A stretch of DNA of 47,815 nt from Desulfovibrionaceae bacterium (GCA_031548325.1 JAVBRE010000128.1:1-47815); one strand, 5' to 3'. Positions 36,239 through 44,622 are shown, counted from the first letter of the stretch. Made by a program: numbers and translations. Notes: generated from the letters alone by a model not told the origin.

Positions 36239-37756
36239 ATGGATGTTTTTTTCAACGCAGCAGTTGACGCCCTGAATGCTACAACCTTGCTGTATATTGC
36301 CATAGGGGTCGTTATCGGCGTTACCGTCGGCGCCATTCCGGGCCTGAGCGGCGCCATAGCGGTGGCCCTTTGCGTTCCTCTGACCTTTTATATGTCGGCT
36401 GTCGCTGCCATCGGTTTTTTGATCGGCATTAATAAGGGGGGCACGTTTGGCGGGTCCATCGCCTCTATCCTCATTAATACCCCCGGAGCGCCGGAATCGG
36501 CCGCCACGGCTTTTGACGGATACCCTCTTGCCCAAAAAGGGCAGGGGGTCCGCGCTGTAAAGGTATCGCTGTATTCCAGTTTTTTTGGCGACACATTTTC
36601 GGCCTTGTGTCTGATCAGCTTTTCCATCCCGCTCGCATCTGTTGCTATTAAGCTGGCCCCTATCGACCTTTGCGCTATAATCGTTTTTTCGCTTGTCCTT
36701 GTTTCGAGCCTGGAAAGCGACAATATCGGCAAAGGACTCATTTCCTGCTGTCTGGGAATGCTCGTTGCGTGTATCGGCCAAGACACGTTTGGAGAAGAAC
36801 GGTTTGTCTTTTTCAATATCTTGGATCTTTCGGTCGGAGTGTCCTTAATGGGCCTGTCTATCGGCACCCTTGCCCTGTCCGAAGTTATATTTCAGGTTCA
36901 AAAGCATCTACTGTTCACAGCAAGCGCCGCCCAGGCATCTTTGGCCGTCAGTCCTGACAAAAAACGCCTGCACTGGGCGGAGTTCAAAAGCCTGATACCC
37001 ACGTGCCTCAGAAGCTCATGCATCGGCGCCGTCATCGGTGCTCTTCCGGGGCTGGGCGCAACCATGGCCGCGTTCATGGGGTACGGCATGGCGAAAAAAT
37101 TTTCAAAAACCCCCGAGGAATTCGGCACAGGATGCCTGGAAGGCATTGCGGGGCCTGAAGCGGCCAACAACGCCGTCATCGGCTCGAATTTGATTCCTGT
37201 TTTGACATTGGGCATACCCGGCAACCTTACCTCGGCCATTGTCATGGGTGCATTGATAATGCACGGAATTCAGCCGGGCCCCTTACTTTTTGAAAAAAAC
37301 CCAGATCTTATTTACGGCATTTACGTCATGGTTTTCATCGCCGGGTTCATGAATCTGATCATTTCGCGTATAGGCATGGGACTTTTTTTCAGGGCTCTTG
37401 CCCTACGCCGTTCAGTCTTGATGCCCGTGGTGATGTTTCTCTGTTTGTCGGGAGCGTATCTCGGCGATATGTCGACATTTGCCGTGGGCATCATGCTTCT
37501 CATGGGATTGCTCGGGTTTTTTATGAGAAAATTCGGCTATTCGTTTGTCACCTTCTTAATAGGTTTTGTGCTCGCGCCGGGATTTGAAAGTTCTCTGCAG
37601 CAATCTCTGATCATCTATGATGATCAGTTCTGGTTGTTCTTTACCCGCCCGGTTCCTGTACTCGCGCTTCTCGGATGCTTCTATATAATCTGGCGTTCAT
37701 TACGGAAAAATCCGCAATCCATTTCGCAGAGCCATGAAATGCTCGATTTGAGCTGA
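36239..37756 (+). CDS. tctA: Tripartite tricarboxylate transporter large permease (TctA family)
   Basis: 505 aa and polytopic. GAIPGLSGAIAVAL, INTPGAPESAATAFDGYPLAQKG and GALPGLGATMAAFMGY. Confidence 0.9.
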   Translation: MDVFFNAAVDALNATTLLYIAIGVVIGVTVGAIPGLSGAIAVALCVPLTFYMSAVAAIGFLIGINKGGTFGGSIASILINTPGAPESAATAFDGYPLAQKGQGVRAVKVSLYSSFFGDTFSALCLISFSIPLASVAIKLAPIDLCAIIVFSLVLVSSLESDNIGKGLISCCLGMLVACIGQDTFGEERFVFFNILDLSVGVSLMGLSIGTLALSEVIFQVQKHLLFTASAAQASLAVSPDKKRLHWAEFKSLIPTCLRSSCIGAVIGALPGLGATMAAFMGYGMAKKFSKTPEEFGTGCLEGIAGPEAANNAVIGSNLIPVLTLGIPGNLTSAIVMGALIMHGIQPGPLLFEKNPDLIYGIYVMVFIAGFMNLIISRIGMGLFFRALALRRSVLMPVVMFLCLSGAYLGDMSTFAVGIMLLMGLLGFFMRKFGYSFVTFLIGFVLAPGFESSLQQSLIIYDDQFWLFFTRPVPVLALLGCFYIIWRSLRKNPQSISQSHEMLDLS

Positions 37757-37785
37757 CCCTGTGGAGCGCATCGCTCAGAGCACTT

Positions 37786-37945
37786 ATAGCATTTTAACTT
37801 TAAAAAGTTGCAGCAAAAATTCTGATAACTGCAGAAGGCCATCTTAATAATATAGGTAAATTACAGGATTTTAACTACACGCGTAGCGGACGTCCTCTAC
37901 GCGTCCGTCAGAGCAAATTCACTTTTTCAAAGCTAATTTGCTCTG
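37786..37945 (+). repeat. 160-bp MITE-like element, copy B (same orientation as copy A)
   Basis: See copy A. The 3' end forms cagagcaaatt...aatttgctctg, an 11-bp perfect stem. Confidence 0.7.
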
Positions 37946-37946
37946 A

Positions 37947-38028
37947 CGCTTGAAATAGTCGCCTACGCCTATTTGGCGACAAGGATTTGCGGACAAATCC
38001 TTGCGAGCATTTCAAGTGTGAAATGCTC
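37947..38028 (+). repeat. Structured intergenic repeat, family R, copy R3 (shortest), abutting MITE copy B
   Basis: cgcttgaaatagtcgcctacgcctatttggcgacaaggatttgcggacaaatccttgcgagcatttcaagtgtgaaatgctc. Its reverse complement aligns with R1. Confidence 0.6.
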
Positions 38029-38101
38029 TAACAGCAAGCGAAACCATTTCAGCGGGCTGCGCTCAATCAGACGGGCAGGCACAAAAAATCATGGATCAAG
38101 C

Positions 38102-38139
38102 GGCCAGCTTTTCTCGAAACGCAACCGGAAAAGCTGGCC
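38102..38139 (+). terminator. 12-bp perfect hairpin in the leader of the carboxyltransferase operon (terminator/attenuator-like)
   Basis: ggccagcttttc - 14-nt loop - gaaaagctggcc, followed by gaatcttttcc, a weak T tract. Confidence 0.35.
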
Positions 38140-38333
38140 GAATCTTTTCCGGGCAGCTTCCAACGCTTCAACCCCGCCAAGAGGCCCAGAAATTCGATCT
38201 TCGCAATATTCCCCGCCCCTTATGGGCATTAGAGTCTCCTATGACGGCATATCGAAGCATTATTTGTACCTTGCCTATTTTTCCGGGCAATAATGCAAAC
38301 AATGGTCGCACGTTCAAATCGAAGGAGAGCAAT

Positions 38334-39863
38334 ATGAAATTTGAGCAAGAAATAAAGGAATTTGAAGAACGAAAAGCAATGGCGCTTGCCATGGGCGGAC
38401 CGAAAAAACTGGCAAAGTTCAAAGCAAAGGGCAGTCTGAACGCCCGAGAGCGTCTTGAATACCTTCTGGACAAAGGCACATTTCGCGAATCTGGCCTTTT
38501 TGTGAAAGGAGAAGTGCCGGAGCAGCGCGAAGATTCTCCCTGCGACGGCAGAATAACGGGGTTCGGAAAGGTCAACGATCGGATGGTGGGAGCGATTTCC
38601 AACGATTTTACAGTATATGGCGCTACATCCACCAGTTATAACAGCCAGAAACAGAGTTATCTCAAAGGTGTCTGCGACCGGAACGGGTACCCCATGATAA
38701 TACTTGGCGAAGCTGGCGGCGGGCGCATCCCCGACAACATGGGTGCAGCGAACCTGCACTACCAGGCCTTGGGCAAAAAATACGTCCGTTACCGCACCAC
38801 CCCTTGGGTCAACGCGATCACCGGACCGTCTTTTGGCGCTTGTTGCTGGAATGCCTGTCTGAGTGATTTTGTGGTCATGAAAAAAGGGGCCTGCCTTGCG
38901 GTTGCAAGTCCCAGGCTCTGTTCTACCGCAACCAACAGCGAAGTTTCGGCGGAGGATCTTGGCGGCTGGAAACTGCATTCTCAGGTTACCGGTATCGCTG
39001 ATGTTGTCGTCGAGACTGATTATGAGGCCATTGACACCATTAAGCGATTTCTCAGCTACATGCCTTCGCACAACCTGACAACGTCTCCGGTGGCGGAGGT
39101 ACCAGAGGGGTCGGACGACGCCGTAAAAAATATCCTCGAAATTTTGCCCGAGAAACGATCGCAGGTTTACGACGTCAAAAAAATCATTCAGGCAATTGTG
39201 GACAAGGGCAGCATGTTCGAAATTAAGGCTCGCTTTGGACGGGCAATGACCACCTGTTTCGCGCGGATCAATGGCCGCGTTGTCGGGATCATCGCCAACA
39301 ATCCATATTATCTGGCAGGCGCCATGGATTATAGCGCCAGCGACAAAACCATCAACATGATGGTGCTATGCGATTCATATAACATTCCAATTCTTTGGCT
39401 TGTGGATCAACCCGGATTCATCATCGGCGTGGAAGGGGAACGACACAGGATGCCGGGAAAAATTATGAACTGGATGAATGCGCTGGCTCAGGTCACTGTG
39501 CCGAGTTTTGCCATTCAAATACGCAAAAATTACGGGCAGGCGGTGCTTAATATGGGCACGACAACGAGCGTGCAGTGCATGGGGGCATGGTGGAGCGCCG
39601 AAACCAGTTTCATGGACCCGCATTCAGCCTTGAATGTCGTGAAAGGCATTACCTATGAAGACGACCCTGAACGGTATACCGAGGCGCTCGGCAGCTACAC
39701 TTCGGAAAACAATGTGTACGAACTCGGCCGTGTATTTGGATGCCACCAGATAATCGACCCGCGTGAAAGCCGGGACTATATGAAAGATATGCTTGAAATT
39801 CACGCATCGCCGAAAAATTCCATAGGCAAACATCAGCTGCGAAATTGGCCCACCACGGTTTAA
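38334..39863 (+). CDS. Carboxyltransferase (alpha) subunit of a biotin-dependent acyl-CoA decarboxylase/carboxylase; divergent member of the AccD/PccB/MmdA superfamily
   Basis: 509 aa. LNARERLEYLLDKGTF, ISNDFTVYGA, GRVVGIIANNP and IPILWLVDQPGF are carboxyltransferase blocks. ATG 38334 follows GAAGGAGA. The track ORF from 38091 is an extension. Confidence 0.85.
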   Translation: MKFEQEIKEFEERKAMALAMGGPKKLAKFKAKGSLNARERLEYLLDKGTFRESGLFVKGEVPEQREDSPCDGRITGFGKVNDRMVGAISNDFTVYGATSTSYNSQKQSYLKGVCDRNGYPMIILGEAGGGRIPDNMGAANLHYQALGKKYVRYRTTPWVNAITGPSFGACCWNACLSDFVVMKKGACLAVASPRLCSTATNSEVSAEDLGGWKLHSQVTGIADVVVETDYEAIDTIKRFLSYMPSHNLTTSPVAEVPEGSDDAVKNILEILPEKRSQVYDVKKIIQAIVDKGSMFEIKARFGRAMTTCFARINGRVVGIIANNPYYLAGAMDYSASDKTINMMVLCDSYNIPILWLVDQPGFIIGVEGERHRMPGKIMNWMNALAQVTVPSFAIQIRKNYGQAVLNMGTTTSVQCMGAWWSAETSFMDPHSALNVVKGITYEDDPERYTEALGSYTSENNVYELGRVFGCHQIIDPRESRDYMKDMLEIHASPKNSIGKHQLRNWPTTV

Positions 39864-39898
39864 AATAGCTGCCAGCAGGAAAACAAAAGGAGTCGACA

Positions 39899-40108
39899 AT
39901 GGCGATTTTAGAATGCCCCATGTCGGGGTCTGTCTGGAAAATCAATGTAAAAATTGGTGAGGCCGTCCAGGACGGAGACGAGATGATTATTCTGGACTCC
40001 ATGAAAATGGAAGTCCCTGTGATCGCGGAAGACAATGGTACGGTCGTTGAAATCCTTGTTTCCGAAGGCGATCCCGTGAACCCGGGGGATACGCTTGTCA
40101 AATTTTAG
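39899..40108 (+). CDS. Minimal (69-aa) biotin carboxyl-carrier / biotinyl-domain protein
   Basis: GSVWKINVKIGEAVQDGDEMIILDSMKMEVPV carries the biotinyl-Lys in an (A/S)MKM motif. There is no linker or N-terminal domain. Confidence 0.85.
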   Translation: MAILECPMSGSVWKINVKIGEAVQDGDEMIILDSMKMEVPVIAEDNGTVVEILVSEGDPVNPGDTLVKF

Positions 40109-40155
40109 ATACAAACGTTGAGGCGACGGTTGGTCAACGGCCCTGGAATGACGCC

Positions 40156-40947
40156 ATGCATGCCCCGCTGATACATTTGCAGCATACGGACTCAACCAAT
40201 AATGAATTGCGGCGCAGGCTGGAGCATGCGCAGGCGCCTGATGGCACGGCGGTGCTGGCGGACTTTCAGACAAAGGGACGCGGGCGCAGGGGCCGGGCAT
40301 GGCAAAGCGCTCCGGCGGACAACATCCTGTGCTTGATTTGGAAATCTTTGGATATTTCACTGCCGGAGATTCAAGGGATATCTCTGCTGCCTGCGTTGGC
40401 TGTTCTGGATGTGCTTGACGCTTTGGGAGTTCATGCGTCCTGCAAGTGGCCGAATGACGTCAGGATACAGGGAAGAAAGGTATGCGGCATATTGACGGAA
40501 TGCCTCAGGGGACCGGCTGACGCCATAGCCGGGGTCATCATTGGCATTGGAATCAATGTGGCAAGCGCTCTAGAGCTTGTTCCGGACAAAATATGCCCTC
40601 CGCCGATCTCTTTGTTTGAGGCTTCCGGCTTCCGCTTCGATCGCATAAGACTTTGCCGCGGTCTGCAGCAAGCTTTGGAGAGCCGCGTCAATCTCTGGCG
40701 GCGGGGACTCCGCCCCGAACTTTTTGCCGAATGGGTATCGCGCTGCGACCATGTGGGCAGTTTGGCGAGCATCACTGTTAATGGTTGCAAAACTGTCGGG
40801 AGAATGTGCGGCTTGGACGCGTCGGGGCAATTGCTGTTTCAAGTGGGGGACCATGTATGCCAGGTGTGGGCGGATGATCTTGAGCCCTATGGAAACATGC
40901 AAACTTTTGGCCGCGCCGGCCAAGATCAGAACATGACCGTGAGATAA
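40156..40947 (+). CDS. birA: Biotin--[acetyl-CoA-carboxylase] ligase, group I (no N-terminal DNA-binding domain)
   Basis: HTDSTNNEL...QTKGRGRRGRAWQS is the GRGRxGRxW signature; also KWPNDV..GRKVCGIL. Confidence 0.8.
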   Translation: MHAPLIHLQHTDSTNNELRRRLEHAQAPDGTAVLADFQTKGRGRRGRAWQSAPADNILCLIWKSLDISLPEIQGISLLPALAVLDVLDALGVHASCKWPNDVRIQGRKVCGILTECLRGPADAIAGVIIGIGINVASALELVPDKICPPPISLFEASGFRFDRIRLCRGLQQALESRVNLWRRGLRPELFAEWVSRCDHVGSLASITVNGCKTVGRMCGLDASGQLLFQVGDHVCQVWADDLEPYGNMQTFGRAGQDQNMTVR

Positions 40948-41050
40948 ATCCTTTGCAACGCCGGTGCGACAATCCAGGCCGCGCTGCTTCAAAATCTCGT
41001 TTTCGAGCTTCACAAGAAGCGGCGCTGTTTTATCCCGGCAAGGAGACATC

Positions 41051-42358
41051 ATGCCAATATTTTCTTATAAAAATAAAATAATTACTGCCGAACAGGCAGC
41101 AAATATGGTGAAAAGCAATGATACGGTTTTGTTTCAGCACAGTAATGCCGCTCCCTGGAAATTCATTGACGCCCTCATGCGCCGCAAAGATGAATTGCAC
41201 CGCGTACAGATCAGCCATACGCGTATAGAGGGCTCCTTGCCCTATTTTCGTGATGACTATGGCGATACCTTTTTTCATAATACGTTCATGATAAGTCCAG
41301 AGGGGCGAAAACCCATGGACGAGGGACGCGCGGACTATATCCCATGCTGTTTCGTCAACCAGCCCGGCCTCGTCAGACGGAAAAATTTTCCTGTAGATAC
41401 CTGCGTTCTTCATGTATCCCCGCCGGATGCATACGGGTATTGTTCCTATGGCATTTGCGCGTCCTATGTGCCGGGCGCGCTTGAATCGATCAAAACCGTC
41501 ATTGCCGAGATTAATCCCCAAATGCCGAAAACCTGCGGCGCTCAGATCCATATTTCAGATATCGATTACTTCATTGAAGTGGATTATCCGCTGCCTGAGA
41601 GTAAGCTTGTTACATCCGGTCCGGTTGAGATCAAGATCGGAGAACATGTAGCCTCGTTGATAGATGACGGCTGCACTTTGCAAACCGGTATTGGAGGCAT
41701 TCCAAACGCCCTGATGGGTTGTCTGAGCAATCACAAGGATATCGGCATACACACGGAAATGTATGCCGATGGTGTCGTTGAACTAGTAAAAAAAGGCGTC
41801 ATTACGGGAAGGAAGCGCGGATACCATGCCGGAAAGATCACTTCCACCTTTGTTATGGGCACGAAAACAACCTTTGATTTTGTCAATAACAATCCGAGCG
41901 TTGAAATAGTGCGCGTTGAAGAAACCAACGATCCATCCATCATCGCTCTGAATAACAAGTTTGTCGGGATAAACGCCGCCACTGAAGTCGACGTAACAGG
42001 CCAAATTTGTGCCGAAAGTGTGGGCACGCGGCACGTCAGCGGCACGGGAGGGCAACTGGATTTCGCGCTTGGCGCTCATATCTGCGAGGGGGGGAAATTC
42101 ATCATAGCGCTGCCATCCACGGCGGCTGACGGCAAGGCCTCGCGGATATCAGCCTGCCTCGCGGAAGGAGCGGGCGTTACCACCCCCCGTTCTCTGGCAG
42201 ATTATATTGTCACCGAATATGGCATTGCTTCCCTGAGAGGGAAAAATCTTGCGCAGCGCGCGAAAGCGATGTTGCAAATAGCGCACCCGGATTTTCAAGA
42301 AGAATTGGAAAGAAAAGTACATGCCAGACGTGATGTGCATTTCACTTTTTTCAAATAA
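41051..42358 (+). CDS. Acetyl-CoA hydrolase/transferase-family CoA-transferase (4-hydroxybutyrate / butyryl-CoA:acetate CoA-transferase-like)
   Basis: 435 aa. LQTGIGGIPNAL, INAATEVDVTGQ and VSGTGGQLDF. ATG 41051 follows AGGAGA. The ORF from 40964 is an extension. Confidence 0.85.
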   Translation: MPIFSYKNKIITAEQAANMVKSNDTVLFQHSNAAPWKFIDALMRRKDELHRVQISHTRIEGSLPYFRDDYGDTFFHNTFMISPEGRKPMDEGRADYIPCCFVNQPGLVRRKNFPVDTCVLHVSPPDAYGYCSYGICASYVPGALESIKTVIAEINPQMPKTCGAQIHISDIDYFIEVDYPLPESKLVTSGPVEIKIGEHVASLIDDGCTLQTGIGGIPNALMGCLSNHKDIGIHTEMYADGVVELVKKGVITGRKRGYHAGKITSTFVMGTKTTFDFVNNNPSVEIVRVEETNDPSIIALNNKFVGINAATEVDVTGQICAESVGTRHVSGTGGQLDFALGAHICEGGKFIIALPSTAADGKASRISACLAEGAGVTTPRSLADYIVTEYGIASLRGKNLAQRAKAMLQIAHPDFQEELERKVHARRDVHFTFFK

Positions 42359-42455
42359 ACAAAAAAAATGTACCCTGGCCTCGACAGATGAAAGGCGGGG
42401 CTAAAAAGCCCGTAAAGGAAATGGGCTTTCGATCATTTACAGCAGGCCCTTAGAC

Positions 42456-42535
42456 CAAATTCACTTTTTCAAAGTTAATTTGCTTAGAACATTTCTCGAA
42501 ACTGTTTCCATACAATTTGAAAGTCGAAATTCTCT
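42456..42535. repeat. Rearranged fragment of the MITE-like family (two terminal-repeat pieces in opposite orientation) at the right edge of the island
   Basis: aaattcactttttcaaagttaatttgct matches the 3' ends of copies A and B. The following gaaactgtttccatacaatttgaaagtcgaaattctc is the reverse complement of the 5' end of the copy at 46567. Confidence 0.5.
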
Positions 42536-42587
42536 AAATTTGAAATATGAACAAGCAGGGCGATCATACGTCATGGGGCAGACCGAC

Positions 42588-43574
42588 CTATACTGTCACC
42601 TGGGGGTTGCGGGCGTTGGGCGAGCGCTGCCCGGCCAGCAGGCGGGCCACCTCGTCCAGGCAGGAGGCGCAGACCCGAAGCATGGATTCTTGCGAAAGTC
42701 CTCCGGCGTGCGGGGTAAAGACCACGTTCGGCATACGGAACAGGGGGTGGTCCGGCGGCATGGGCTCTTTGCAAAAGACGTCCAGCCCGGCTCCGGCCAG
42801 CCGCCCTTCGTTCAGCGCAGCCATAAGCGCGTCCAGGTCCAGCAGGTCTCCCCTGGCCGTATTGATGACGCAGGCGCCCTTCTTCATCTTCGCCAGTTCC
42901 GCCGCCCCCAGACGGTACGAATCCGGCCCTCCGGGCACGTGCAGGGTCAGGTAGTCCGCTCGGGCCAGGGTTTCTTCCAGCGGCAACAGGGCCATATCCA
43001 GCTCGGCGGCCAGCTCGTATTTCGGGCTGCGATTGGTGGCGGCCAGCGTCATGCCGAAAGCCCTGCCCAGACGCGCGACCGTTGTGCCTATATGTCCCAA
43101 ACCCACAATGCCCAAGGTTTTGCCCGCCAGTTCTGTGGCCTGCCGGGGCCGCCAGATTCCGGCGGCCAGGTCCATATGCATGGGCGTGACTTTATGGGCC
43201 AGGTCCAGCATCATGGCAAAAACCAGTTCCGCCACGCAGGCGCTGTTGCCGCCGGGCACGTTGGTCACCAGCACGCCGCGTTCCGTCGCGGCCGGAATGT
43301 CGATGTGGTCCAGGCCCACCCCGAACATGGCCACCAGTTTCAGGCGTTTCGCTTTTTCAAAAAACTCGCGGGAAACGCGGGTGACGTCCAGAAACAGATA
43401 TTCGATCTCGTCCGCTCGCTCCAGCAAGGCCTGCCGCGCTTCCTCGGGCGAGGGCCTGCCTTTGACCTGCCTGCCGGCATACAGCCATTCGGCCTTCCAG
43501 CCGCGTTCCAGCAGCATGTCGAGCAAGGGACCGGGTTTGTTGAAGGCCGGCATGGGGGTGTGGATGACAATCAC
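42588..43574 (-). CDS. D-isomer-specific 2-hydroxyacid dehydrogenase (PGDH/GyaR-like)
   Basis: GKTLGIVGLGHIGTTVA (NAD fold), VINTARGDLLD and FTPHAGG. GTG start. Confidence 0.85.
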   Translation of the reverse strand: MIVIHTPMPAFNKPGPLLDMLLERGWKAEWLYAGRQVKGRPSPEEARQALLERADEIEYLFLDVTRVSREFFEKAKRLKLVAMFGVGLDHIDIPAATERGVLVTNVPGGNSACVAELVFAMMLDLAHKVTPMHMDLAAGIWRPRQATELAGKTLGIVGLGHIGTTVARLGRAFGMTLAATNRSPKYELAAELDMALLPLEETLARADYLTLHVPGGPDSYRLGAAELAKMKKGACVINTARGDLLDLDALMAALNEGRLAGAGLDVFCKEPMPPDHPLFRMPNVVFTPHAGGLSQESMLRVCASCLDEVARLLAGQRSPNARNPQVTV

Positions 43575-43578
43575 GGCT

Positions 43579-43968
43579 CTATCCCCGGGTAACGATAATA
43601 CGTTGCGCGCCCTTGCGCGGAAAAGGCAAAAACACCGTCAGCACGCCGTCGCGCAAAGAGGCTTCTATGCGCGGCGCGTCTACGGCCAGAGGCAGGCTGA
43701 GGCGGGTCTCGTAGACCACGTCGCCGAACTCCAGAGCCTGCACCTTGCCCGGCAGGCAAGAAAAGCGCGTCCGCCCGCGCAGCAAAAGCGAGCCCTTGTC
43801 CACGCTCAGTTCCAGATCCTCGTGGCTGACGCCGGGCAAATTGCAATACACGAACAGGCCTTCGCCGTTTTCCACCAGGTCCGTCAAGGGACGGACGATG
43901 ACTTTGTCCGCTTCTTCCATCAGGCAGTGGGTCTGAGAGGCGACGACATAACTTGCCCTGCGGGTCAT
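43579..43968 (-). CDS. Hsp20/alpha-crystallin-family small heat-shock protein
   Basis: ACD blocks such as LPGVSHEDLELSVDKGSLLLRG...ASLRDGVLTVFLP. The start overlaps the upstream stop (ATGA). Confidence 0.85.
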   Translation of the reverse strand: MTRRASYVVASQTHCLMEEADKVIVRPLTDLVENGEGLFVYCNLPGVSHEDLELSVDKGSLLLRGRTRFSCLPGKVQALEFGDVVYETRLSLPLAVDAPRIEASLRDGVLTVFLPFPRKGAQRIIVTRG

Positions 43969-44393
43969 GACAAAACCCCCGAAGCATAGTGCACGCTGAT
44001 GGCGCGCCGTTTTTCGCGGGCGGCTTTGGGCAGGGTGACGGTCAGTACGCCGTCGCGCAGCACGGCGTCAATGGGGGCCTCACCCACAGGGGAAGGCAAC
44101 CGTATCTCGCGCTGAAAGGGGCCGGTCGGACGTTCACGCCTGTGATGCCGCCCCGTGGGCGCGGGCAGCACCCCACGCAGGATGAGGCTGCCTTTTTCAA
44201 GCACCAGCGAAAGCCTGTCCAGAGGCGCGCCGGGCAAGAGCGCCCGCACGCGCATGGCGTCGTTGTCCTCGCATACCTGCACGGGCGGAAAATGTCCGGA
44301 ATCAATGCCGGGCGTGGTGAACGCGCCTTCGTCGTCCCGGCTCATCAGCCGGTCGAAAAGCGAAGGCAGACCATAAAGCAAATCCGTGGGCAT
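43965..44393 (-). CDS. Hsp20/alpha-crystallin-family small heat-shock protein
   Basis: LPGAPLDRLSLVLEKGSLILRG...AVLRDGVLTVTLPK. RBS GAGGAGG. Confidence 0.85.
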   Translation of the reverse strand: MPTDLLYGLPSLFDRLMSRDDEGAFTTPGIDSGHFPPVQVCEDNDAMRVRALLPGAPLDRLSLVLEKGSLILRGVLPAPTGRHHRRERPTGPFQREIRLPSPVGEAPIDAVLRDGVLTVTLPKAAREKRRAISVHYASGVLS

Positions 44394-44402
44394 GATACCT
44401 CC

Positions 44403-44615
44403 TCAGCGCCTGATCGCGCCGCCCGTGCGGCGTCCCTTGTTCCATTCCGGCAGAGGCACGGCCTCTTCGACCAGCATGACGGGTATTTCGTCGCAGATGG
44501 GATAGACCTTGGCGCAGGCCGGGCAGAGCAGCCCTTCCTGTTCGCCCATTACAGTCAGAGAGCCCCGACAGGCGGGGCAGGCGAGAATTTCAAGCAACGC
44601 GGCATCCAGAGTCAT
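44403..44615 (-). CDS. Trm112-family (UPF0434) small zinc-ribbon protein
   Basis: MTLDAALLEILACPACRGSL...LLCPACAKVYPICDEIPVMLVEEA. ATG 44615 follows GAGGAA. The 119-aa track ORF extends into rpe. Confidence 0.75.
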   Translation of the reverse strand: MTLDAALLEILACPACRGSLTVMGEQEGLLCPACAKVYPICDEIPVMLVEEAVPLPEWNKGRRTGGAIRR

Positions 44616-44622
44616 AGTTTCC

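Noticed and set aside
24669-42560. The island as an integrative element, prophage or ICE
   Set aside because: I found no integrase, recombinase, transposase, conjugation gene, phage gene, flanking tRNA or recognisable att direct repeat. Only MITE-like repeats mark the module borders, so I call it only a compositionally foreign metabolic island.
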